A stretch of 64,000 nt of DNA from positions 928,001 through 992,000 of the forward strand of contig OY970192.1 in assembly GCA_963708135.1 (NCBI GenBank). The letters are read 5' to 3'. Below the pieces are notes generated by a model that was not told where the DNA came from, searched no databases, and worked only from the letters and a program-made list of their open reading frames with translations. This DNA is from an uncultured Gemmatimonadales bacterium (lineage in GTDB: Bacteria > Gemmatimonadota > Gemmatimonadetes > Longimicrobiales > RSA9). Positions 49,251 through 58,184 of this stretch are shown here, in pieces. Position numbers and translations under genes: made by a program. Each line of letters opens with the position of its first letter. The stretch's first letter is position 1.

Positions 49251-49574
49251 TCAGGCGGAGCGCCGAGCGCCGCCCCCCGTCCCCGCCCGCGCTGCCGTCC
49301 CCGGCTCCGGCGCCTGCCGCGCTCCGCCCACCGCATTGTATAGCCAGGCCAGCAGCGCGCCACAGATCGCGCCGTCCAGCAGGGCGTAGAGCGTGCCCAC
49401 CACCAGCGCCGCCAGGCCGGTCATCGCTGCGTAGCCCGGGTACATCGAGCGCAGCAGGTCGAGGAACGCCTCGCCGTAGGGCGGCCAGATCAGGTTCAGC
49501 GCGCCCGTGAACAGGGCGCACCCGGCCCAGAGCAGGCCGGCCGCCGCCGCCATCCGCTTCACCGAGAGTCTCAT
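49251..49574 (-). CDS. Small membrane protein (YPGY motif)
   Basis: AAGGAGG SD; two hydrophobic segments flanking SMYPGY; ends WLYN. Confidence 0.7.
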   Translation of the reverse strand: MRLSVKRMAAAAGLLWAGCALFTGALNLIWPPYGEAFLDLLRSMYPGYAAMTGLAALVVGTLYALLDGAICGALLAWLYNAVGGARQAPEPGTAARAGTGGGARRSA

Positions 49575-49692
49575 GTAAGCCTCCTTCGGGGGAGAGCCGG
49601 TCCTTCGCGGCCCGTCGCATGCGTTGCCGGGGCGCGGGAAGCTGGAGCCACGGTAGCCAATGGGGCGCCGTCCGACCAGGGACCTTCTGCGA

Positions 49693-49719
49693 CGAAACCT
49701 CGCCCCCGTGGGTGGCGTA
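49693..49719 (+). promoter_or_regulatory. ECF-sigma-like promoter upstream of lspA
   Basis: CGAAAC-N17-CGTA, same spacing as the tolC site. Confidence 0.45.
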
Positions 49720-49784
49720 CTCGGGGTGGAGGGAGGAATAGGGGGCGGGGGAAGCATTCGTGGGGCTCACGGGTATGGAGGCGG

Positions 49785-50345
49785 ATGAACCGCATTTTCG
49801 GAGGAACCAAGGGCCCGCTGCTGCTGGGCACGATGGCCGGCGTGGTGGGCCTGGACCTCACCACCAAGCACTGGGCCGTGGGCGCGCTGCTGCCGGGCGA
49901 GAGCCTCTACGTGCTGCGGGGCACGCTGCCGCTGACGCTGGCCTACAACCAGGGCGCGGCGTTCAGCCTCAGCCTCGGCCCTGGCTCGCGCTGGATCTTC
50001 CTGCTGCTCTCGGTCGCGGCGCTGGTCGTGCTCGCCCCGATCTATCGCGCCACCCGTGAAGGCGACCGCGCGCGCCTGCTGTCGATCGCGCTCGTCGCGT
50101 CCGGCGCCGTGGGCAACCTGATCGACCGCGTGCGGTGGAGCGGTGGGGTGGTGGACTTCATCGGCCCGATCGACCTCGGCTTCACGAGCTGGCCGATCTT
50201 CAACGTGGCCGATATGGCCATCACGGCCGGCGCGCTGTTGCTCGCGTTCTCGCTCTGGCGGCAAGGGGAGCTGGCGCGCGCCTCCGAGCGGGTCGCGGAG
50301 TCCCGCCCCGACGAGTACGGGCCGGCGGCCGCCGAGGACGTCTGA
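49785..50345 (+). CDS. lspA: Lipoprotein signal peptidase II
   Basis: DLTTK, NQGAAFS, GAVGNLIDR, VVDFI, WPIFNVAD. Confidence 0.93.
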   Translation: MNRIFGGTKGPLLLGTMAGVVGLDLTTKHWAVGALLPGESLYVLRGTLPLTLAYNQGAAFSLSLGPGSRWIFLLLSVAALVVLAPIYRATREGDRARLLSIALVASGAVGNLIDRVRWSGGVVDFIGPIDLGFTSWPIFNVADMAITAGALLLAFSLWRQGELARASERVAESRPDEYGPAAAEDV

Positions 50346-50459
50346 CCGGCGCCGCCCGGGTCGGCACGGCCGCTCCTCCCGCGCTTGTTCCGGGCATACC
50401 CCCTGCATAGCTTCTCCGACCCTGCGAAACGGATACACGCGCGGTAAACCGGGGATTGG

Positions 50460-51335
50460 ATGACGGCGCAAAGAGCGACACTCGACCACGCGGCGCGCGG
50501 CGCGCCCCGCGCCGTGCGTGAGAAGGCCGAGCGGCTGGCGGAGCTTCTGCGCACCTGCGGCTCCGTCGTGATCGGCTATTCGGGCGGCGTGGACTCCGTC
50601 TTCCTCGCCAAGGCGGCCCTCGACGTCCTTGGACCCGGGAACGTCCTGGCCGTTACCGGCCGCAGCGATGCCTACCCGGCCGTCCAGCGCCGCATGGCGC
50701 TCTCCTGCGTCGAGCGGTTCTCCATCCCTCACCTGGAGATCGAGACGGGGGAGCTCGAGGACCCGCGTTACACCGCAAACCCGGCGAACCGCTGCTACTT
50801 CTGCAAGTCAGAGCTCTGGACCCGGCTCCGCGCCGTGGCGGATGAGCGCGGCTTTGAGGCGGTGCTGGATGGCTCCAACGCCGACGACGCCGGCGACTAC
50901 CGGCCCGGGCTGGCCGCGGCCCGGGAGCGCGAGGTCCGCTCCCCGCTTCTCGAGGCGGGCCTGCGGAAGTCGGAGATCCGCCTGCTGTCCGAGCGGCTCG
51001 GCCTGCCCACGTGGGACCAGCCGGCCGCGCCCTGCCTCTCCAGCAGGCTGCCGTACGGGCTGGCCGTCACGCGCGAGCGGCTGCGTCAGGTCGAGGACGC
51101 CGAGACGCTGCTGCGCGCCCACGGCATCCGCGAGTTCCGCGTCCGCCACCACGGCGAGGCGGCCCGCATCGAGGCCGCCCCCGCCGAGATCCCGGCGGTC
51201 CTGGCCGTCGCGACAGCGCTGTGCGAGCGGCTGGCGGCGATCGGCTTCCGGCGCGTGCTCGTGGATGTGGAAGGCTATCGGCGCGGCGCCCTGAACGAGG
51301 GCCTGCCCCTGGCGCCGGTGCAGGCGGCGGGATGA
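50460..51335 (+). CDS. larE: LarE-family ATP-dependent sulfur transferase (PP-loop)
   Basis: SGGVDS, RCYFCK, DGSNADDAGDYRPG, SPLLE, PCLSSRLPYG, RVRHH, GYRRG. Confidence 0.9.
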   Translation: MTAQRATLDHAARGAPRAVREKAERLAELLRTCGSVVIGYSGGVDSVFLAKAALDVLGPGNVLAVTGRSDAYPAVQRRMALSCVERFSIPHLEIETGELEDPRYTANPANRCYFCKSELWTRLRAVADERGFEAVLDGSNADDAGDYRPGLAAAREREVRSPLLEAGLRKSEIRLLSERLGLPTWDQPAAPCLSSRLPYGLAVTRERLRQVEDAETLLRAHGIREFRVRHHGEAARIEAAPAEIPAVLAVATALCERLAAIGFRRVLVDVEGYRRGALNEGLPLAPVQAAG

Positions 51336-51607
51336 GCGCGCGAGCCGGGTCGCCGGACCGCTCCCCCGGCGGCGAGGCCCTCCATGCCGCGGGGCGGGTG
51401 CTGCGAGGGCACGGGCTCACGCGGGCGCGTGCGGGCGTCGCCGGAGCGCGCGGCGAGATCCTCGTGGTCGAGGTGGCCGCCCCGGACATGCCGCGCCTGG
51501 CCGAGCTCGCGCCCGCGCTCAAGGCGCTCGGCTTCCGGTACGTGGCCGTGGACCTCGCCACGGTAGCGGAGGACGCCACGGAGGCGGGGGACGCCGCGGC
51601 CCGATGA
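51332..51607 (+). CDS. Small protein resembling the LarE C-terminal domain
   Basis: ATGA-coupled on both sides; LRGHG and LKALGFRYVAVDL parallel LarE LRAHG and LAAIGFRRVLVDV. Confidence 0.65.
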   Translation: MSARAGSPDRSPGGEALHAAGRVLRGHGLTRARAGVAGARGEILVVEVAAPDMPRLAELAPALKALGFRYVAVDLATVAEDATEAGDAAAR

Positions 51608-52173
51608 GGCTCTTCGTCGCCCTGAACCTCCGGAGCGACCAGAAGGCCGCGCTGGCCGAGGTGCTTGCGCCGCTCCGAGGTTCGGCGCTGCCCGTGCGCT
51701 GGGTCGATCCGGCGTCCGTGCACCTGACGCTCAAGTTCCTGGGCGAGGTGGCGGAGCCGGCGCTGGAGGAGATGGGTGCGGCGGTGGCTCGCGCCGCCCG
51801 GGTGGTCCCGCCGTTCACCGCCGCCGCGCACGGTCTCGGCGGCTTCCCCGACCTGCGGCGGCCGCGGGTGCTCTGGCTCGGGCTCGACGCGGGGGCGGAG
51901 CTCCAGGCGCTGCAGGCGGCCGTCGAGGCGGAGCTGGGACCGCTCGGCTACCCGCCCGAGAACCGGCCGTTCTCGCCGCACCTGACGGTCGGCCGCGCAC
52001 GTCAGGGCGCCCGCGCAGCGGATTTCGCCACGCTGGCCGATCTCGTCGGGCGCTTTCGCTTCGAGGCGACGCTCGACGCGCGCACGGTCGATCTCATGCG
52101 CAGCCGCCTCTCGCCCCGGGGTGCCCGGTACGAGAGGCTCCTGGCCGCGCCGCTCGGGGAAGGGGAGGGGTGA
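51604..52173 (+). CDS. thpR: RNA 2',3'-cyclic phosphodiesterase ThpR (2H family)
   Basis: MRLFVA, two HxT motifs (HLTLKFLG, PHLTVGR), PRVLWLG. Confidence 0.92.
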   Translation: MRLFVALNLRSDQKAALAEVLAPLRGSALPVRWVDPASVHLTLKFLGEVAEPALEEMGAAVARAARVVPPFTAAAHGLGGFPDLRRPRVLWLGLDAGAELQALQAAVEAELGPLGYPPENRPFSPHLTVGRARQGARAADFATLADLVGRFRFEATLDARTVDLMRSRLSPRGARYERLLAAPLGEGEG

Positions 52174-52847
52174 TGTTCGGCTGTCTGCGCAGGCTCATCG
52201 GCATCGTCGTCGTGCTCGTGCTCCTGGCGGTGGGAGTCTGGTACTTCCGCGCGCCGCTCCTGCGCGCTTGGCGCGACGTGCGCCAGGACCGGGAGGGCGT
52301 ACCGATGACCGCCGCGGCCACGGCCCGCGAGGCGCAGCGCAAGCTCGAGGCGCTCGCCGACGGCGCGCCGCCGGGTCGCGTCGCCCTTTCGGGGCCGGAG
52401 CTCCAGAGCCTCCTGAGCACGCGCTTCGCCATGTTCCTGCCGGCGTACGTCGATTCGCCCCGCATCGCCCTCGGCGGCGGGCGGGTGCACCTGCGTGCGC
52501 GCGTGCCCACCGACCATCTGCCGCACCCCAGGGGCGTGGGCGAGGTCATCGGGATGCTCCCCGACACCACCGACGTGACGGTTACGGGCGAGGTGATCCC
52601 GCTGCCCGACGGCCGCTTCGCCCTGGCCGTGGACGAGGTCACCGCGGCCCACATCCCGCTGCCGCACCGGCTCGTACCGGCGCTCATTGCCGGGCTGCGC
52701 AAGGGGGCGACGAAGGGCGTGCCGGCCGATGCGCTTCCCCTGCCGCTACCCCGGGCCGCCCGGGCCGCGTACGTTCGCGGCGACTCGCTGATCCTGATCG
52801 CGCGCGGCGCCGCGGCCGCGCCGGGCGCGGCGACGACATCGAGGTGA
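52170..52847 (+). CDS. Hypothetical single-TM protein with beta-rich domain
   Basis: GCLRR plus TM, then alternating beta strands; coupled to its neighbours. Confidence 0.65.
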   Translation: MMFGCLRRLIGIVVVLVLLAVGVWYFRAPLLRAWRDVRQDREGVPMTAAATAREAQRKLEALADGAPPGRVALSGPELQSLLSTRFAMFLPAYVDSPRIALGGGRVHLRARVPTDHLPHPRGVGEVIGMLPDTTDVTVTGEVIPLPDGRFALAVDEVTAAHIPLPHRLVPALIAGLRKGATKGVPADALPLPLPRAARAAYVRGDSLILIARGAAAAPGAATTSR

Positions 52848-52851
52848 CACG

Positions 52852-54213
52852 GTGGCGCGAATCCTGGTGGTCGACGACGAGGAGGGCATCCGGCGCATCC
52901 TGCGCCAGGTGCTGGAGTACGAGGGCCACGTGGTGCACACCGCCGGCGGGGCCGGCGAGGCCTTCACCGAGTATGCGGAGTTCCACCCCGAGCTGACGTT
53001 CCTGGACGTCAAGATGGCGCGCATGGATGGGCTCGAGGTGCTCGACCGGCTGCGGCAGCAGGACCCACAGGCCGTGGTCGTCATGATCAGCGGCCACGGC
53101 AGCATCGAGACGGCCGTCGAGGCCACCCGCCGGGGTGCGTACGATTTCCTCGAGAAGCCGCTCGACACGGACCGGCTGCTGCTGACCATCCGCAACGCGC
53201 TCCAGCACCGCGGGCTCGAGCAGGAGAACGCGCGCCTGCGCGACGAGGTCGAGAGCCGCTACGAGATCGTAGGCAACAGCTACGCGATCCGCGCCCTGCT
53301 CGACCGCGTCGAGAAAGTCGGCCCGACCGACGCCCGCGTCCTCATCACGGGCGAGAACGGGACCGGCAAGGAGCTCGTGGCCAGGGCGCTGCACCGCCTC
53401 TCCCCCCGCGCCGAGGAGCCGTTCGTCGAGGTCAACTGCGCGGCCATTCCGGCCGAGCTCATCGAGAGCGAGCTGTTCGGCCACATGAAGGGCTCCTTCA
53501 CGGGCGCGCACACCGATCGAACCGGCAAGTTCGAGCAGGCGGACCGCGGCACCCTCTTCCTGGACGAGATCGGCGACATGAGCCTCGCCGCCCAGGCCAA
53601 GGTGCTGCGCGCCCTCCAAGAAGGTCTCGTCACGCCTGTGGGCGGCGAGCGTCCGACCCGGGTCGATGTCCGCAGCATCGCCGCCACCAACAAGAACCTC
53701 GAGCACGAAATCGCCGAAGGGCGCTTCCGCGAGGATCTCTTCTTCCGGCTCAACGTCGTGCCGATCCACGTGCCTCCGCTGCGCGAGCGCCGCGACGACG
53801 TCCCGATGCTCGTGCGCCATTTCGCCGAGACCGCCATCGAGGAGCAGCGCCTGCCGCCCCGCCACTTCGCCGCCGATGCCGTCGAGCGGCTGACGCGGAT
53901 GGAATGGCCCGGCAACGTGCGCGAGCTGCGCAACACGGTCGAGCGCCTGCTCATCCTCGCGCGCGGATCGGAGATCGGCCCCGCGGACGTCGAGCGCCTC
54001 GTCGCCGGAGGCCAGCCCGCCGGCGCCGCGCCTGCCGACATCCTCGCCGCGGCGACGTTCTCGCAGTTCAAGGAGCGGGCGGAGCGCGCCTACATCCTCG
54101 GCAAGCTGCGCGAACACGACTGGAACGTGAGCGAGACCGCCCGCTCGATCGACATGCCGCGCTCGAACCTCTACAAGAAGATCGAGCGCTACAATCTGAC
54201 CCGGGAGAGCTGA
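52852..54213 (+). CDS. sigma54-dependent response regulator (NtrX/NtrC-like)
   Basis: Receiver LVVDDE/LDVKM/FLEKP; GENGTGKE, ESELFGH-GSFTGA, FLDEIG, WPGNVREL; Fis-type HTH. Confidence 0.93.
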   Translation: MARILVVDDEEGIRRILRQVLEYEGHVVHTAGGAGEAFTEYAEFHPELTFLDVKMARMDGLEVLDRLRQQDPQAVVVMISGHGSIETAVEATRRGAYDFLEKPLDTDRLLLTIRNALQHRGLEQENARLRDEVESRYEIVGNSYAIRALLDRVEKVGPTDARVLITGENGTGKELVARALHRLSPRAEEPFVEVNCAAIPAELIESELFGHMKGSFTGAHTDRTGKFEQADRGTLFLDEIGDMSLAAQAKVLRALQEGLVTPVGGERPTRVDVRSIAATNKNLEHEIAEGRFREDLFFRLNVVPIHVPPLRERRDDVPMLVRHFAETAIEEQRLPPRHFAADAVERLTRMEWPGNVRELRNTVERLLILARGSEIGPADVERLVAGGQPAGAAPADILAAATFSQFKERAERAYILGKLREHDWNVSETARSIDMPRSNLYKKIERYNLTRES

Positions 54214-54461
54214 TGCCCGCCGCCTCCCTCGGCTTCGGCGCGCTGCAGCCGGACGGACGGGGGCCGAGCTGGACCGTGGTCTACCTGACCCTGGCCCTCG
54301 TCTGGTCGGTTTCGGCCATCGCCGGCGGCGCCGCCCTCGCCGCGCTGGCGCGCAGGGCCCAACCCGGGCTGTCCTTCCGCAAGCTGTGGATCTTCTTCGC
54401 CCTCCTCCTTGCCTTCGCCGTGGCCGCCTACCTCGGGATCGCGATCCACGCCGCCCGCTGA
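54213..54461 (+). CDS. Small two-TM membrane protein
   Basis: TGATG coupling; two hydrophobic helices. Confidence 0.55.
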   Translation: MPAASLGFGALQPDGRGPSWTVVYLTLALVWSVSAIAGGAALAALARRAQPGLSFRKLWIFFALLLAFAVAAYLGIAIHAAR

Positions 54462-54566
54462 TGCCGCGCGTCCGCGCCCGCCGTCCCGACTTGCCGTGCC
54501 CCGGCGCGACCACCAGAATGCGGGAACGACCGGGGACGGCACTGCACGCATAGGAGCGGAGAAACC

Positions 54567-56069
54567 ATGTCGAAGAAGTTCAGGAACCACATCGCCGGGG
54601 AGTGGGTCGAGCCCGCGTCCGGCGATTACTTCGAGAACCGGAACCCCGCCAGTCACGACGAGGTGCTCGGTCTGTTCCCGCTGTCCGGAATCGAGGACCT
54701 CGAGCGCGCCGTCGCGTCGGCCCGCGCGGGCTTCGAGCGATGGCGCCGCACCCCGGCTCCGGCGCGCGGCGACGTTCTCCGCCACGCGGGCGACCTGCTC
54801 TCCGTCCGGAAGGACGAGATCGCGAAGGTGATGACGCGCGAGATGGGCAAGGTGCTCGACGAGACCCGGGGGGACGTGCAGGAGGGGATCGACACCGCCT
54901 ACTATGCGGCGACCGAGGGGCGCCGCCTGTTCGGCCACACGGTGCCCAGCGAGCTGCGCGACAAGTGGGCCATGAGCTTCCGGCGGCCCATCGGCGTGTG
55001 CGGCATCATCACGCCCTTCAACTTCCCGCTCGCGATCCCGACGTGGAAGATCTTCCCGGCGCTCGCCTGCGGGAACTCCGTCATCTTCAAGCCGGCCGAG
55101 GACGTGCCGCACACCGCCGCTCTCTTCGTGGAGATCCTCCTCGAGGCGGGGCTCCCGCCCGACGTGGTGCAGCTGCTCCACGGCCGCGGCGAGGAGGTCG
55201 GGGCCGCCATGGTGGAGCACCCCGACATCCCCGTCATCTCCTTTACCGGCTCCACCTCCACCGGCGCGCGCATCGGCGAGACGTGCGGCCGCATGCACAA
55301 GCGGCTCTCGCTCGAGATGGGCGGCAAGAATGCCCAGATCGTCCTGCCCGACGCCGACATGGATCTCGCCCTCGATGGCGTGCTCTGGGGCGCCTTCGGC
55401 ACCACCGGGCAGCGCTGCACCGCAACCAGCCGCCTGCTTCTCCATGACCAGATCCACGATGCGTTCCTGGAGCGCCTCGTGGCGCGCGTGCGCAAGCTCC
55501 GGCTCGGTGATGGCCTCGATCCCGACACCGACGTGGGACCACTCATCAACCAGGACGCGCTCGACAAGGTCAGCCGCTACATCGAGATCGCCCGCGCCGA
55601 GGGCGACGAGGTCCTCACCGGCGGCGAGCGCGCCACCGGCGGCCCACTCGATCGCGGCTTCTTCTTCCAACCCACCATCTTGCGCGGTGTGCGCCCGGGC
55701 AGTCGGCTGGCCTGCGAGGAAGTCTTCGGCCCCGTGCTGAGCGTCGTCCGCATCAACGACGTCGATGAGGCGTTCCGCGTCAACAACGAGGTGGAGTACG
55801 GCCTGTCCAGCTCGATCTACACGAAGGATGTGCGCACGGCCTTCCGCGCCATGACCGAGCTCGACAACGGGATCACCTACGTGAACGCCCCCACCATCGG
55901 CGCCGAGGCCCACCTGCCCTTCGGAGGCGTCAAGAAGACGGGCAATGGCCACCGCGAGGGCGGCTGGGAGGTCTTCGACTTCTACAGCGAGACGAAGGTC
56001 GCCTACGTGGACTACTCGGGGAAGCTGCAGCGGGCCCAGATCGACACCTACGAGGCCAGCCCGTACTGA
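54567..56069 (+). CDS. Aldehyde dehydrogenase family protein
   Basis: ITPFNFP, FKPAE, FTGS, LEMGGKN, GQRCTA, EEVFGP, YGLSS, PFGG. Confidence 0.95.
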   Translation: MSKKFRNHIAGEWVEPASGDYFENRNPASHDEVLGLFPLSGIEDLERAVASARAGFERWRRTPAPARGDVLRHAGDLLSVRKDEIAKVMTREMGKVLDETRGDVQEGIDTAYYAATEGRRLFGHTVPSELRDKWAMSFRRPIGVCGIITPFNFPLAIPTWKIFPALACGNSVIFKPAEDVPHTAALFVEILLEAGLPPDVVQLLHGRGEEVGAAMVEHPDIPVISFTGSTSTGARIGETCGRMHKRLSLEMGGKNAQIVLPDADMDLALDGVLWGAFGTTGQRCTATSRLLLHDQIHDAFLERLVARVRKLRLGDGLDPDTDVGPLINQDALDKVSRYIEIARAEGDEVLTGGERATGGPLDRGFFFQPTILRGVRPGSRLACEEVFGPVLSVVRINDVDEAFRVNNEVEYGLSSSIYTKDVRTAFRAMTELDNGITYVNAPTIGAEAHLPFGGVKKTGNGHREGGWEVFDFYSETKVAYVDYSGKLQRAQIDTYEASPY

Positions 56070-56074
56070 GTCGG

Positions 56075-56092
56075 CAGGCACGCGGCCTGCAG
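56075..56092 (+). promoter_or_regulatory. sigma54-like / shared 18-bp motif upstream of lepB
   Basis: CAGGCACGCGGCCTGCAG, GG-N10-GC, 16/18 identical to the degP site. Confidence 0.4.
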
Positions 56093-56268
56093 TCCTGGCG
56101 CACCGGCGCGACGCCTGTGCGCCAGGGGGGCTAGCGCGAGCAGGGACCCTGCGTTAGGTTCATTCACCCGCTCGGGATCCCCGACAGAAGACCAGGTGCT
56201 CTCGTGTCCGGCTACGGAACATGCCCCAGCGCCTCCCACAGCGACGGTGGCATCTCCGTTCGGCTCGT

Positions 56269-56297
56269 TTGACAGCAGCGCGGTGCCACCGTAGGAT
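56269..56297 (+). promoter_or_regulatory. sigma70 promoter of lepB
   Basis: TTGACA-N17-TAGGAT; GTG begins 6 nt after the -10. Confidence 0.7.
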
Positions 56298-56303
56298 CAG
56301 AGA

Positions 56304-57077
56304 GTGGTCGTGACGCCCGACTCCCACCGCTCAGACGAAGATCAGGCCCAGCAAGAGACCGGGCCGGTGCCGACCGCGCCGAGGAGCTCGACCTCCTTCG
56401 GCCGGTGGTTGTGGGAGTGGACCAAATCGATTCTCGTCGCCTTCACGCTCTTCCTCTTGATCCGGACGTTCCTGGTGGAAGCCTTTAGAATCCCCACGGG
56501 GAGCATGGAACGTACGCTCCTCGTCGGCGATTTCCTCCTCGTGAACAAGGCCGTCTACGGCGCGGAGATCCCGGGGACCCACCTCCACCTGCCGGCGTTC
56601 GACGAGCCCCGCCGCGGCGACATCGTCGTCTTCATCCCGCCCGACGCGCCGGACAAGAACTACGTCAAGCGGCTCGTCGGCATCGGCGGCGACACGCTCT
56701 CCATGCGCAACAAGATCCTCTTCCGGAACGGTCGGCGCGTGGAGCAGCCGTACGCCATCTTCACCGATCCGAACGACGACATTTTCGTGCCCGGCATGAT
56801 GTGGCAGAAGAGCGCCCTCGCGCCCGGCGTCGACCCGGACAGCTATCACCCGACCCGCGACAACTGGGGGCCGATCGTCGTGCCGCCCGGGAAGTACTTC
56901 TTCCTGGGCGACAACCGTGACGACTCCGAGGACTCGCGTTACTGGGGCTTCGTCGATCGCTCCGCGGTCCGCGGCCAGCCCATGTTCGTATACTACTCGT
57001 TCGATCCCAGCACCGTGCAGCCGTTCCCTTGGCTCACCGACATCCGCTGGGCTCGTATCGGCAGCACCGTCCACTGA
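56304..57077 (+). CDS. lepB: Signal peptidase I
   Basis: TM then IPTGSM (Ser), GDFLLVNK, YVKRL (Lys), GDNRDDSEDSRYWG. Confidence 0.95.
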   Translation: MVVTPDSHRSDEDQAQQETGPVPTAPRSSTSFGRWLWEWTKSILVAFTLFLLIRTFLVEAFRIPTGSMERTLLVGDFLLVNKAVYGAEIPGTHLHLPAFDEPRRGDIVVFIPPDAPDKNYVKRLVGIGGDTLSMRNKILFRNGRRVEQPYAIFTDPNDDIFVPGMMWQKSALAPGVDPDSYHPTRDNWGPIVVPPGKYFFLGDNRDDSEDSRYWGFVDRSAVRGQPMFVYYSFDPSTVQPFPWLTDIRWARIGSTVH

Positions 57078-57201
57078 CCCGGCGGCGCATCCGCGCCCCG
57101 GCTCTCAAAGAGGTCAAAGGCCGCCCGCCGGTGCGGCCCCGGTATAGATGCCCCGACCTCGTCGGTCCATTCCACTCCGTCGCCTCAAACGGAGCGCCGC
57201 C

Positions 57202-58062
57202 ATGAGTTTTACGAGCAGCCGCCGCGGGTTGTACGAGGAGAGCTCCCTCGATCAGTACCTCAAGGAGATCAGCGCCTATCCCCTGCTGACCCGTGAGCAG
57301 GAGGTCGAGCTCGCCGGGCGGATCCGCACCGGCGACGAGGAGGCCCTCGACACCCTCGTCCGTTCCAACCTCCGCTTCGTCGTCTCCGTCGCCAAGAAGT
57401 ACCAGAACCAGGGCGTCGCCCTCGGCGACCTGATCAACGAGGGCAACCTCGGCCTGATCCGCGCCGCTCACAAGTTCGACGAGACGAAGGGCATCAAGTT
57501 CATCTCGTACGCCGTCTGGTGGATCCGCCAGGCCATCCTCCAGGCCCTCGCCGAGCAGAGCCGCATCGTGCGCGTGCCGCTCAACCGCGCCGGTGCCCTC
57601 CACCGCATCGGCCGCCGCTCCTCCACCCTTCTCCAGGAGCTCGGCCGCGAGCCGACCGTCGAGGAGATCGCCGATGAGCTCGACATCTCCCACGAGGAGG
57701 TCCAGCGTACCCTGGCCATCTCCCAATCCCACCTCTCCCTCGACGCGCCCCTCAGCCCCGGCGAGGACAACCGCCTCCTCGACTACCTGCCCGACCAGTT
57801 CTCCGCCGGCCCCGATGACGAGACCTACGACCGCGCCCTCTCCCTCACCATCGAGGAGGCCCTCGGCACCCTCAAGGAGAGAGAGGCCAAGGTGCTCCGC
57901 CTCTACTTCGGGCTCGACGCTCAGGACCCGATGACCCTCGAGGAGATCGGCTCCCTCCTCAACATCACCCGCGAGCGCGTCCGGCAGATCAAGGAGAAGG
58001 CCCTCGTCCGCCTCCGCCACGCTTCCCGCGCCCGCTTCCTGGAGACCTTCCTCGGCACCTGA
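57202..58062 (+). CDS. RpoD/SigA-family sigma70 factor lacking region 1.1 (286 aa)
   Basis: SLDQYLKEI (1.2), NLRFVVSVAKKY, DLINEGNLGL, FISYAVWWIRQ, SLDAP, TLEEIG..TRERVRQI. Confidence 0.92.
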   Translation: MSFTSSRRGLYEESSLDQYLKEISAYPLLTREQEVELAGRIRTGDEEALDTLVRSNLRFVVSVAKKYQNQGVALGDLINEGNLGLIRAAHKFDETKGIKFISYAVWWIRQAILQALAEQSRIVRVPLNRAGALHRIGRRSSTLLQELGREPTVEEIADELDISHEEVQRTLAISQSHLSLDAPLSPGEDNRLLDYLPDQFSAGPDDETYDRALSLTIEEALGTLKEREAKVLRLYFGLDAQDPMTLEEIGSLLNITRERVRQIKEKALVRLRHASRARFLETFLGT

Positions 58063-58184
58063 GCCTCCCCCGCGGCCGCCAGCGCAGAGCTGACGCCAGT
58101 GGCGCGAGGCGCGGGTCCGAACCGCGCCTGCGCCTGCGTTTCCGCCAGCCGTCGCGCCCTGCGTTTCCCTGCGCGTTTCCCGCC

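Noticed and set aside
49251..49574. Phage holin / prophage
   Set aside because: Small membrane protein only; no phage genes in the window
56125..56240. 6S RNA or TPP riboswitch
   Set aside because: No long end-to-end rod pairing and no CTGAGA core; the usual zapA/rny context is absent
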